Below, one piece after another: positions 1 to 8,479 of a stretch of DNA of 32,000 bases (position 1 is its first letter; each line of letters starts with the position of its first letter). The DNA comes from Halalkalibacterium halodurans (GTDB lineage Bacteria > Bacillota > Bacilli > Bacillales > Bacillaceae_D), in assembly GCF_004376175.1 (NCBI RefSeq), contig NZ_SNUY01000007.1, positions 30,001 to 62,000 of the forward strand, given 5' to 3'. The translations under genes and the position numbers were made by a program. The notes under the pieces are model-generated. The model worked only from the letters and a program-made list of their open reading frames with translations, was not told the origin of the DNA and made no database searches.

Positions 1-663
1 TCACGGACAGCATCACCTCTAGATCCTTGACGGAGAACGGTCGTTTGCTGTACCGGGGCATTGTACTGCGGGGCAGATGCAGCCGGTGCTTGATTCGTCA
101 ACGCAGCTAACGTCTGTGGCCCTGCAATTCCATCAACTGATAAACGATTCGCCCGTTGAAACTCTCTAACAGCCTCCGTTGTGATACGTCCATATTGACC
201 CGTGATCGAGTGATTATAAAAGCCTTTCGCTTTCAGCTTTTCCTGCAAATCTCGAACCGCTTGTCCACTGGAGCCGAAACGTAGAATCGTAGAATTCGAT
301 GTGGAGCTAGGCGTAGAACTAGACGTTTGCTGTCCCCCATTATTCCCATTCATTTGGGAGAGCAACGCATTCAGTGTCTGTGGTCCCGCAATTCCATCAA
401 CCTGCAAGCCGTGCTTCATTTGAAATTCACGAACAGCGTTCTCTGTAATAGAACCAAAGTACCCAGTAGAAGTGTGATAGTTAAAAAAACCTTTCTTCTT
501 CAAAGCCTCTTGCAGTTCTTTCACATCCGGATGAGATTGGCCTTTTCGAAGTGTTTGATCCCCTAACGCGGCATCAGCCGTGTCATATTGAGTCGCAAGA
601 AAAAGACCCGTGGCAAAAGTCGATGAAATCACTACTTTTTTTAATGTGGATGATCCTTTCATG
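1..663 (-). CDS. Secreted peptidoglycan-binding repeat protein, N-terminal part (gene continues beyond the window start)
   Basis: It runs off the window edge, so it is absent from the ORF track. Minus-strand ATG at 663-661 with AAGGAGG 6 nt upstream. Translation starts MKGSSTLKKVVISSTFATGLFLATQYDTADA (signal peptide). At least three PG_binding_1-type repeats follow, each ending ...AVxxFQxxxxLxVDGIAGPQTL (VDGIAGPQT encoded around 378-402 and 114-138). The repeats are separated by S/T/N/Q-rich linkers. Track ORF 327..566 (+) is its antisense shadow. Confidence 0.75.
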
Positions 664-954
664 GAGTACCTCCTTAAGTTTTTCAATCATCGCTAATAAT
701 ATCGGCTAAATTCCTTAAGACTTAAGGACATTCCCTTGATTTTTTGTTCCAATTTTTATGAAATATTAAAAGAGTAGCGACAATAGGCGCCCAACCTCGG
801 ACTATTCTAGCCTTAATTCATTTAAAATAAGTATATTTTCCTATAAAAAAACCAACCAAAAATTTAAGAGTAAATTAAGAATTTTTCGGTTGCTAGTTTA
901 AGGAATTTACTTCATAATAATGACAGTAATAACTCGGAAGGGGTCAATTATCGA

Positions 955-2154
955 ATGAAGAAAAAAGTTGTGCTTATTGTTTCAATCTCCCTTGTAGCCC
1001 TCATTGCAATTGGCTTTGTCGGCTACCGCTACCTGCTACCCGCTCAATTTGCGTCATCAGATTTCATGGATGACGGCGAGATTTTCGGAGAAAGAGTAGG
1101 AGATTTAATGATGGTTCAAGAGTCTCACGGACTTTTCTCAGGGAAAGTAGAACCGGAAAAGAATGAAAACATCTACTATGATCCCGAAAAAGGAGCAATA
1201 AAAGAAGTGTTCGTCGAGGAAGGCGATGAAATTGATGAGGAGACACCTCTTTTTGAATACGAATTAAACGAGGATATCGATGATGAGCGAGATCAACTCC
1301 AGCTCCAATTAGATCTAGCATACTTGCAAATCAACGAGTCAGAGAAAAAGAAACAGAAGCTAGACAAATCAATTAAGAATGCAGTGGATGATGAAGAAAA
1401 GGAAATGCTTGAAGAGGAGCGCGCACAGCTAGATTTTGAGTTACGCCAGCTTAATTTAGAAGCTGCGCAAACAAAGAAACAACTAGACCGTCTCGTGCCG
1501 GCTGAGGAAGAAGCGATCGTGATGAGTAAAAGCAGCGGGATCGTGCAGTCAATCAATCAAGATTTAGTTGAAGGGATGCAAGGTGAAGCGATGAATTCAC
1601 CGTTTATTCAAGTCGTCTCAACGGGCTCTTATCTTGTAAAAAGCCAAGTTAATGAATTTATTCTTGATACACTTGAAGTGGACATGCCAGTAAAAATCAC
1701 AAAGAAAACAGGTGGAGACGAGGAATGGGTTGGTGTGATTACCGATATCGGTAAAATTCCTGTTGGCAGTGATCAGGACGACATGGGGTACGACATGTAC
1801 GATTCAAATCCTCAATCTTCAAATTATCCGTTCACTGTTCGAATTGATGAACATGAAGGGCTTGAAATTGGCTTTCATGTCAACATCGAACCAGTGCTTC
1901 ATGATGAAGAGGGCGGAACGGTCGTCCTTTTTGAAGAATATGTACAGTTCGATGACGATGGACAAGCTTTTGTATGGGTAGCTGATGAAAACTTGTTAAC
2001 CGCCAAACGATTTGTTGAAACAGGAGCTAGTGATCCTGAAAACTTTACAATTGAAATCGTTGACGGCTTAACGGAAGATGATATTATCGTAGGCCCTAGT
2101 CCTTCGCTCGAAGAAGGAAGAGAGGTTATGATGTATGATGATTTCCTTGAATAA
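955..2154 (+). CDS. HlyD/MacA-like periplasmic adaptor (membrane fusion protein) of an ABC efflux system
   Basis: N-terminal TM anchor (VVLIVSISLVALIAIGFVGY), a long charged coiled-coil segment (LQLQLDLAYLQINESEKKKQKLD...), then a beta-barrel-like C-terminus. It overlaps the start of the downstream MacB-type ATPase. The gene order adaptor-ATPase-FtsX permease matches YknXYZ/YvrPON-type systems. Confidence 0.8.
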   Translation: MKKKVVLIVSISLVALIAIGFVGYRYLLPAQFASSDFMDDGEIFGERVGDLMMVQESHGLFSGKVEPEKNENIYYDPEKGAIKEVFVEEGDEIDEETPLFEYELNEDIDDERDQLQLQLDLAYLQINESEKKKQKLDKSIKNAVDDEEKEMLEEERAQLDFELRQLNLEAAQTKKQLDRLVPAEEEAIVMSKSSGIVQSINQDLVEGMQGEAMNSPFIQVVSTGSYLVKSQVNEFILDTLEVDMPVKITKKTGGDEEWVGVITDIGKIPVGSDQDDMGYDMYDSNPQSSNYPFTVRIDEHEGLEIGFHVNIEPVLHDEEGGTVVLFEEYVQFDDDGQAFVWVADENLLTAKRFVETGASDPENFTIEIVDGLTEDDIIVGPSPSLEEGREVMMYDDFLE

Positions 2155-2821
2155 CATTTCAAAGTCGTACAAGCTAGGAAAAGAGGAAGTCCCAATTTTA
2201 AAAAACATCTCCCTATCGATTAAGGAAGGCGAGTTTGTCGCCATTATGGGCCCTTCTGGGTCTGGGAAATCGACACTCATGAACATTCTCGGCTGCCTCG
2301 ATCGGCCTTCGACAGGTCATTACTTACTCGATGGGCAAGATTTATTAACGCGAAAAGACGGCTTACTTGCAGACATTCGCAACCGCTCGATCGGCTTTGT
2401 CTTTCAACAGTTCCACCTGTTACCTCGGCAAACGGCGCTACAAAATGTCGAATTGCCTCTTGTCTACGCAAAGGCGAAAAAACAAGAACGGCGTGAGCGA
2501 GCGCTAGACGCATTAAAAAAAGTAGGTCTTGAGGACCGGGTGCGCTTTAAGCCCACACAGCTTTCTGGAGGACAAAAACAACGCGTGGCTATCGCTCGTG
2601 CGTTAGTCACCAATCCTCGATTTATTTTAGCCGATGAGCCGACAGGCGCCTTAGACTCTCGGTCCAGCGAACAGGTATTAGAGCTATTTTCTTCTCTTCA
2701 TCAAGAAGGAAAGACTGTCGTGATGATTACACATGACCACGACGTTGCAAAAAAGGCAGAGCGTACGATCTTCATTCGTGACGGCGAACTACTCACGGAG
2801 GAGGAGACGTCTCATGTTTGA
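2135..2821 (+). CDS. ABC transporter ATP-binding protein, MacB/FtsE (LolD-like) type
   Basis: Walker [11 protein letters not shown]-loop, ABC signature LSGGQKQR, Walker B ILADEPT and H-loop ITHD are all present. The start could be 2135 or 2138 ([12 protein letters not shown]). Confidence 0.93.
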   Translation: MMISLNNISKSYKLGKEEVPILKNISLSIKEGEFVAIMGPSGSGKSTLMNILGCLDRPSTGHYLLDGQDLLTRKDGLLADIRNRSIGFVFQQFHLLPRQTALQNVELPLVYAKAKKQERRERALDALKKVGLEDRVRFKPTQLSGGQKQRVAIARALVTNPRFILADEPTGALDSRSSEQVLELFSSLHQEGKTVVMITHDHDVAKKAERTIFIRDGELLTEEETSHV

Positions 2822-4055
2822 ACATATTCGCATATCGTTTCAATCGATCTTTGCTCATAAGCTTCGCTCCGCTCTTACGATGTTAGGAGTCATTATTGGG
2901 ATCGCCGCCATTATTGCGATTGTGTCCATTATTGAAGGACAAAGTGAAGCATTGAAAAGTTCTATGATTGGTTTAGGGAACAATACGATTAATGTTGTTT
3001 ATGAAAGTACGGACATGATCCGCGGCAGGGGTGAAGATCACTATTATTACGAAACGACCTCGTACATGGCAGCACCTCCAATTGAGGAGGAGACGGTCGA
3101 AGCGATTCGTTCCTATCCAATGGTGAATCAGATATCCCTTTACCATGAATCGTGGAATACACAGGCTTATCATATGACGAACTCATCCTACCCACAAATG
3201 TTCGGTGTGGACGAGACATTTTTAGAGCTTTTTCCGATCTATATGGTCGAAGGGCGGACGTTCCGACCAGGCGAGTTTGACTCGAAAAACCAAATCATCC
3301 TTATAAGTGAAGGCGCAAGAGATGAGCTATTCCCTGATGGAGATGCCGTGAATCAACTTGTCGATTTGTCTGGTATTCCATTTCGTGTCGTCGGTGTCTT
3401 CTCAGAACGAACGGAAGATGACTGGCTTTACGGTGGTTGGTCACAGCCAAAGATCTATGTACCAAAAGGGGTTTGGCCATTACTTGAAGGTTTTGATAGC
3501 CCCACGCAAATCGCAGTGCAGGCCACCTCTTCCGATCATATTCAGGAGGCAGGAGAACTAGCGGCCATCCATTTAAACAGTGATTTAAGTCCATACGAAA
3601 TGGAAGCCGCTCAGTATACGGTTGCTGACATGGAAGCTATCGCAGAAGAAATGGCCGAATTTAACCGAGCATTTGCATTGTTACTCGGTGGAATCGCCAG
3701 CATTTCCTTATTAGTTGGCGGCATCGGGGTGATGAACATTATGCTCGTGTCCGTCACAGAACGAACACGGGAAATCGGAATTAAAAAAGCGCTCGGAGCA
3801 AAACGACACGTTATTCTCCTTCAGTTTTTGACGGAAGCCGTTGTCCTTACAAGCTTAGGAGGAGCGCTCGGAATTTTACTCGGGCTTGGCGGAGCGAAAG
3901 TGATTTCCTCCTTCATCGGAATGCCTTTTATTATTTCCCTTCCAGCTGTCATCGGTGGTTTATTGTTTTCGATGATCGTCGGAATCATCTTCGGCTTTTT
4001 GCCGTCCTTTAAAGCATCAAATTTACAGCCAGTAGACGCATTACGTTATGAATAA
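2814..4055 (+). CDS. ABC transporter permease, FtsX/MacB family
   Basis: The track ORF starts at 2733 inside the ATPase gene. The in-frame ATG at 2814 follows GGAGGAGGAG and gives the typical N-terminus [34 protein letters not shown]. This is followed by a large extracytoplasmic domain and a C-terminal FtsX 3-TM bundle (...GIKKALGAKR...). It overlaps the ATPase stop by 8 nt. Confidence 0.9.
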   Translation: MFEHIRISFQSIFAHKLRSALTMLGVIIGIAAIIAIVSIIEGQSEALKSSMIGLGNNTINVVYESTDMIRGRGEDHYYYETTSYMAAPPIEEETVEAIRSYPMVNQISLYHESWNTQAYHMTNSSYPQMFGVDETFLELFPIYMVEGRTFRPGEFDSKNQIILISEGARDELFPDGDAVNQLVDLSGIPFRVVGVFSERTEDDWLYGGWSQPKIYVPKGVWPLLEGFDSPTQIAVQATSSDHIQEAGELAAIHLNSDLSPYEMEAAQYTVADMEAIAEEMAEFNRAFALLLGGIASISLLVGGIGVMNIMLVSVTERTREIGIKKALGAKRHVILLQFLTEAVVLTSLGGALGILLGLGGAKVISSFIGMPFIISLPAVIGGLLFSMIVGIIFGFLPSFKASNLQPVDALRYE

Positions 4056-4058
4056 ACG

Positions 4059-4088
4059 AACAGCCACGCCCATAATGGTGTGGCTGTT
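4059..4088. terminator. Bidirectional intrinsic terminator between the efflux operon and the convergent MerR gene
   Basis: AACAGCCACGCC-cataat-GGTGTGGCTGTT forms a 12-bp stem with one G-T pair. It is A-rich on the left (aataaacg) and T-rich on the right (ttt). It sits between the stop at 4055 (+) and the stop at 4089 (-). Confidence 0.6.
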
Positions 4089-4847
4089 TCACTTATGATG
4101 TTCATATTGATAAGGCAAATACAACAGAGACGGATCGTTATATTCCATCATACCTACTTCAATGCACAGCTCGATCATTTGATGAACCCCGTTAAATTGT
4201 TGACGATTGCGCTGGTGGATACTCACAAGTGCCTCTTCTGTAATCTTTTTTGCTTTTTCAATGCTTTGATGTTCAACCGCATCAACGACTTCCTTCATCT
4301 TATCTAGAAAGTAGACCGTTTTTCTTAACGTCCGAATCAATAAAATTTGTCGTATATGGACAGGTGTATATAATCTATACCCGTTCTCGAGATTCCGCTC
4401 TGGTGAGAGAAGGCCTTCCTTTTCCCAATGACGGATGGCTGACGTCTGGACATTAGTCAATTCCGCAGCCTCACCGATTGTCATTTTATTTTTAATACGC
4501 CTATTGTTCAAGGTGGTAACATCGGGTTCTTGCAGCATCGCCAACGTTTGATCCGCTAGCCGTTTTTCCTCATGCAATTTCGCTTGTTCCTCATTAACGA
4601 GCCAAAACGCCTCATTCATCTCTTTCTTTTGGATGTGTCGAAGCACGTCATAGGTCAGTTGATAGCCAAAGCCAGGAACCATGGATCGTAAACAACGAAA
4701 ATAGGCAAGATGAACCTTCGTGTAGAGACGGTACCCATTCTCGGCACGCTCAGGTGCTGGGACAACTCCCCACGATTCATAGTGTCTTAATGCACTTGTA
4801 CTAATATGTAGCTCATCGGCAATTTCCTTTGGCTTGAAATAGCGCAT
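4089..4847 (-). CDS. MerR-family transcriptional regulator with two tandem HTH_MerR domains
   Basis: Two copies of the MerR winged-HTH signature: MRYFKPKEIADELHISTSALRHYESWGVVPAPERAENGYRLYTKVHL and MTIGEAAELTNVQTSAIRHWEKEGLLSPERNLENGYRLYTPVHI. The track start at 4862 is a TTG. The ATG at 4847 is preceded by GGAGGTGGGAGG and is preferred. Confidence 0.85.
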   Translation of the reverse strand: MRYFKPKEIADELHISTSALRHYESWGVVPAPERAENGYRLYTKVHLAYFRCLRSMVPGFGYQLTYDVLRHIQKKEMNEAFWLVNEEQAKLHEEKRLADQTLAMLQEPDVTTLNNRRIKNKMTIGEAAELTNVQTSAIRHWEKEGLLSPERNLENGYRLYTPVHIRQILLIRTLRKTVYFLDKMKEVVDAVEHQSIEKAKKITEEALVSIHQRNRQQFNGVHQMIELCIEVGMMEYNDPSLLYLPYQYEHHK

Positions 4848-5252
4848 CCTCCCACCTCCCAATAAATTAGGTACTTTAGGTTAGCAAAAATGAAAGCAAA
4901 ACACAAACCTTACTGAAGAACATTAAAGTATAAAGAGAAACGATCCTTCAACCTATTATGCTTTATTCCTTTCTATATTGCTCTTACATCATTGTTATAC
5001 CAACGATTGAGGCATTATACAGACGGGAAAAACGTTGCCATGAACTTTCCAATGGGATTCCAATTCCTAAGCAGTACATGTCCTAACGATCCGATCCATG
5101 AGCAAAGTATCTCGCTAAACTTGCTTTGCCCTCTTTCGTCCAAATATGTTAGTCTAACCGCTTTCCATAACATAACGAGCAAAACATCCATTCCCTACCA
5201 TTCTCTAATTTCCTTAATTTGTATTTATTCATAGTCGTTTTATCATAGGGAA

Positions 5253-5280
5253 GGTTGCAAAGCTATGTCTCTTTGCAACC
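5253..5280. repeat. Perfect 10-bp inverted repeat in the long MerR/levansucrase intergenic region
   Basis: GGTTGCAAAG-ctatgtct-CTTTGCAACC. There is no U-tract on either side and no gene ends here, so it is more likely a protein-binding site or structured RNA than a terminator. Confidence 0.4.
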
Positions 5281-5749
5281 GTGTTCATTACAGAAAAATA
5301 CTTTTTAAAGATCATTTTTCTCCACTTAAACAGTGAAAGAATCCGTTTCCATCTAGTCTATTTACTATTTTTACATATAAAATCAAGTCATTCCATTAAA
5401 CATCTCATAGATTTGATATAAATCTACTAGTTGCCCTTATAAATACGATGAGTTTTTGATTATTTTCCTTCATCATGAAATCACTTTCATAAAAAGGGAA
5501 AACGTTTTTAAATCCTAATCTGACAAGGTGCTTGTATACATTTTCCTACCTTTTCTCCCCCGTTTTCCCGTCATTGCACGGGTCTTGCGAGAAAGCTAGA
5601 CTGAATGTGTACATCGATATTGGGGGGAGAAAGAGCGGATAGGTCTGGTCTAACAAAGTAAAAAAAGGATTAAATTTCCTCTTGATTGTCTCAGGCCTTT
5701 GTTTGCTCTGGATGTTCCTTCACTATCAAAATCCTAAGGAGGAATGAGT

Positions 5750-7051
5750 ATGGAGAGAATGAAACCAAATGCTTGGAAAGGAGTCGTACTATCAACAGCG
5801 ATCGTTGTCAGTTCGCTACTTCCTTTCACAGCACATGCAGCTGAAAGGGAGTCTGATACCCCAGTATGGACACGTCAGCACGCATCAAATTTTGTTCTTA
5901 CTGAGGACAACACGGCACCTGAAATCAATGATTTTGAACATGTGGCTCCTGATTATTGGATTTGGGATACATGGCCGTTAAAAGATCGTGATGGGAAGGT
6001 TGCTACTGTCAATGGCTATAAGGTGGCTTTCGCTTTAACTGCTTCTAAAGAGTACACATGGCACGGACGTCACGATGTAGCAGAAATTCGTTATTTCTAC
6101 TCTAAAAACGGTAAGGACTGGACGATGGGTGATATCGCCTATGATCCAGACGAAGCCTACGGTTCAAGACGTTGGGCAGGATCGGCCATCATTGATGAAA
6201 ACGATCGAGTCCATCTTTTTTACACTGCGACTGGTCGTGAAGGAGAAGAGGTACCATCCGTTGAACAGCGACTAGCCAAGGTGACATTTGACATTGAGGC
6301 GAAAAAAGGAAACAAAGGTGTCTCGCTTTCTAATTGGGGTGAGCATGAACTGTTGCTTGAAGCAGACGGAGAATACTACGAAACAATGGATCAAGCGACG
6401 GGAGACATTCTCTATTCATTCCGCGATCCTGAGTTTTTCAAAGATCCAAAGACTGGTGAAGAGTACCTTCTCTTCGAGGGTAATACGGCTGGCTATGAAA
6501 AAGTAGTAGAACCTCACCATATCGGAGATGAAGAATTCCGTAAAAATCATGAGGTCCCTAAGGGTGCCGAAGACTTTAACGGAAACATCGGCATTGCTAA
6601 GGCGTTAGATGATGATTTATCCGAGTTTGAGTTACAGCCTCCTCTTCTTGAGGCAATGGGTGTGAACCAGCAGCTTGAGCGTCCACACGTACTTGAAAAA
6701 GGCGGAAAGTATTACTTGTTCACGATTAGTCATGAGTTTACGTTTGCACCAGGATTATGGGGTCCAGATGGACTGTATGGGTTTGTCGCTGACTCACTTC
6801 ATGGTGACTATAAACCATTAAATGAAAACGGACTTGTTGTCGCAAACCCTGAAAACAATCCATTCCAAGCCTATTCATGGTATGTCATGCCTAATGGAAC
6901 AGTGCTCAGCTTTGTCAACGAGTTTCTTGATGTAAACGGCGACCTACAATTTGGTGGGTCATTCGCGCCAACTCTTAAACTATCCATTTCAAACGATACG
7001 ACAAAAGTGACAGGTGAGCTTGGCGAAGGACAAATCATTCCTTCAAACTAA
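5750..7051 (+). CDS. sacB: Secreted GH68 levansucrase (beta-fructofuranosyl transferase), copy 1
   Basis: GH68 catalytic motifs are present: IWDTWPL (nucleophile Asp, codon 5966-5968), FRDPEFF (RDP) and QLERPHV...YYLFT (acid/base Glu). Signal peptide ...LLPFTAHA/AE. AAGGAGG at 5736-5742 is too close to the track ATG at 5744. The in-frame ATG at 5750 has 7-nt spacing. Confidence 0.9.
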   Translation: MERMKPNAWKGVVLSTAIVVSSLLPFTAHAAERESDTPVWTRQHASNFVLTEDNTAPEINDFEHVAPDYWIWDTWPLKDRDGKVATVNGYKVAFALTASKEYTWHGRHDVAEIRYFYSKNGKDWTMGDIAYDPDEAYGSRRWAGSAIIDENDRVHLFYTATGREGEEVPSVEQRLAKVTFDIEAKKGNKGVSLSNWGEHELLLEADGEYYETMDQATGDILYSFRDPEFFKDPKTGEEYLLFEGNTAGYEKVVEPHHIGDEEFRKNHEVPKGAEDFNGNIGIAKALDDDLSEFELQPPLLEAMGVNQQLERPHVLEKGGKYYLFTISHEFTFAPGLWGPDGLYGFVADSLHGDYKPLNENGLVVANPENNPFQAYSWYVMPNGTVLSFVNEFLDVNGDLQFGGSFAPTLKLSISNDTTKVTGELGEGQIIPSN

Positions 7052-7073
7052 AACGAATAGAGGAGGTCCAAAC

Positions 7074-8402
7074 ATGAGAAAGCAAAGCATGTTAGTGGCG
7101 ACTGCAATCATCGGCCTTTCGACGATCTTTTCACCACTAGCAGATTCTGCTACGGCTGAAGATCGAACCGGTTCCAATTGGACGAGAGAGCACGTTTCAA
7201 AAATCGAATTAAACGAACAAAACACCGCACCGATCATTAACGCTGACGAATTGGAAAAACTCGATGACGACTATCATACGTGGGACACTTGGCCGTTAAA
7301 AAACAAAGATGGCTCGGTGGCAACCGTTAACGGGTATAAAATCATTTTTGCCTTGTCGGCCCCAAGTGATGTCTTACCAGGAAAAGTCCACGACATCGCT
7401 GAAATCCGTTATTTTTACTCGAAGAATGGCAAAGATTGGGTAAGTGGCGGTCCAGTGTTTGAGGAAGGAGACGCCCTAGGCTCAAGGCAGTGGGCTGGAT
7501 CAGCGATGATCGATGAAAATAACCAAATCCACTTCTTCTATACGGCGACTGGTCGAGAAGGTGAAGAGCCTCTTACCTATGAGCAACGATTTGCGAAAGC
7601 TTCGGCTGATGTCGTTACGTCAAAAAATGGCGTTTCGTTCGATAACTGGTCAGATCACCAGATCATCCTAGAAGCTGATGGTGAATACTATCAAACAAAA
7701 GAGCAAGGAGATCAAGGGGATATTGCTTACGCGTTCCGTGATCCAGAATTTTTTAAGGATCCGAAATCTGGAGAAGAGTACATTATCTTTGAAGGTAATT
7801 CAAGCGGTGCACCAGCCGACCGCTCATGCTTACCTGAACATAGCGGATCTCCAGAATTTGCTGAACATCACGAAGTTCCAGAAGGGTCTGTGTTGTTCAA
7901 TGGTAGCATCGGGATCGCCAAAGTGACGAATGACGATTATACAGAATTCGAATTGCTCCCTCCTTTACTAGAGGCGAACTGCGTCAACCAAGAGCTTGAA
8001 AGGCCTCACATTATCGTAAAAGGGAATCAATATTACTTGTTTACAGACACCCATTTTGATAAATTCGCCCCTGGTATTACAGGGCCAGAAGGGTTATATG
8101 GCTTTGTGTCTGATGAGTTATTTGGTGACTATGAACCGTTAAATGGCAGTGGATTAGTCATTGCCAATCCTGAGGAAAACCCATTTCAAGCCTATTCCTG
8201 GTTAGTGCTGCCGAACGGTACGGTCATTAGCTTTGTCCACTTCACCGACATTGGTGACTTAACGATTGGAGACATCGGTCACCAGCCGGAGGAGTTTCAA
8301 TTTGATCACTTTGGTGGTATGCCTGCCCCATCTTTAAAAATTGCATTAAACCAAGATCGCTCACGCATTGTTACTGAGTTAGGGCAAGGTGTCATTAAAT
8401 AA
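7074..8402 (+). CDS. sacB: Secreted GH68 levansucrase, copy 2 (tandem paralog)
   Basis: It has the same motif set: TWDTWPL, FRDPEFF, ELERPHI...YYLFT. By eye it is roughly 60% identical to copy 1. The track ORF (7014) begins inside copy 1. The ATG at 7074 follows AGAGGAGG and gives the signal peptide MRKQSMLVATAIIGLSTIFSPLADSATA. Confidence 0.9.
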   Translation: MRKQSMLVATAIIGLSTIFSPLADSATAEDRTGSNWTREHVSKIELNEQNTAPIINADELEKLDDDYHTWDTWPLKNKDGSVATVNGYKIIFALSAPSDVLPGKVHDIAEIRYFYSKNGKDWVSGGPVFEEGDALGSRQWAGSAMIDENNQIHFFYTATGREGEEPLTYEQRFAKASADVVTSKNGVSFDNWSDHQIILEADGEYYQTKEQGDQGDIAYAFRDPEFFKDPKSGEEYIIFEGNSSGAPADRSCLPEHSGSPEFAEHHEVPEGSVLFNGSIGIAKVTNDDYTEFELLPPLLEANCVNQELERPHIIVKGNQYYLFTDTHFDKFAPGITGPEGLYGFVSDELFGDYEPLNGSGLVIANPEENPFQAYSWLVLPNGTVISFVHFTDIGDLTIGDIGHQPEEFQFDHFGGMPAPSLKIALNQDRSRIVTELGQGVIK

Positions 8403-8411
8403 TGTTCACTT

Positions 8412-8440
8412 GGAGTCAGTCTTCCCTTTAGACTGGCTCC
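8412..8440 (+). terminator. Stem-loop between levansucrase 2 and the LamG-GH32 gene (possible partial terminator or attenuator)
   Basis: GGAGTCAGTC-ttcccttta-GACTGGCTCC forms a 10-bp stem with one G-T pair. It is followed by tctctat, which is only weakly U-rich. Confidence 0.35.
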
Positions 8441-8479
8441 TCTCTATACACAAGGTAAAGGAGGAGAGCGAAAAACATC

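Noticed and set aside
327-566. Track ORF of 79 aa on the + strand
   Set aside because: It lies fully antisense to the peptidoglycan-binding repeat gene, whose translation shows clear signal-peptide and PG_binding_1 motifs. The + frame has a TTG start and no recognisable features.
2733-2813. N-terminal extensions proposed by the track for several genes (2733, 7014, 17174, 22966, 4862)
   Set aside because: The extensions overlap the upstream gene or lack a ribosome-binding site. Internal starts with GGAGG-type sites give canonical N-termini (signal peptides or family-typical starts).
955-4055. Treating the adaptor-ATPase-FtsX set as something novel, such as a bacteriocin immunity or defence system
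   Set aside because: The architecture and motifs are those of ordinary MacAB/YknXYZ-like efflux systems. Nothing in the sequence suggests otherwise.
4992-5234. Track ORF of 80 aa (+), and a stop-interrupted minus-strand frame starting at 5232
   Set aside because: The + ORF has a TTG start, no ribosome-binding site and odd composition. The minus frame is broken by two stops and has no family signature I can name. It is kept only as a possible gene remnant in a finding, not as a feature.
5560-5743. SacY/LicT-type RAT antiterminator plus terminator in the levansucrase leader
   Set aside because: I looked for a GGATTGTnACTG...CAGGCAAnACC-like RAT overlapping a U-tailed hairpin. Only short weak stems are present (for example CCCGT-cattgc-ACGGG), and no BglG-family gene is in the window.
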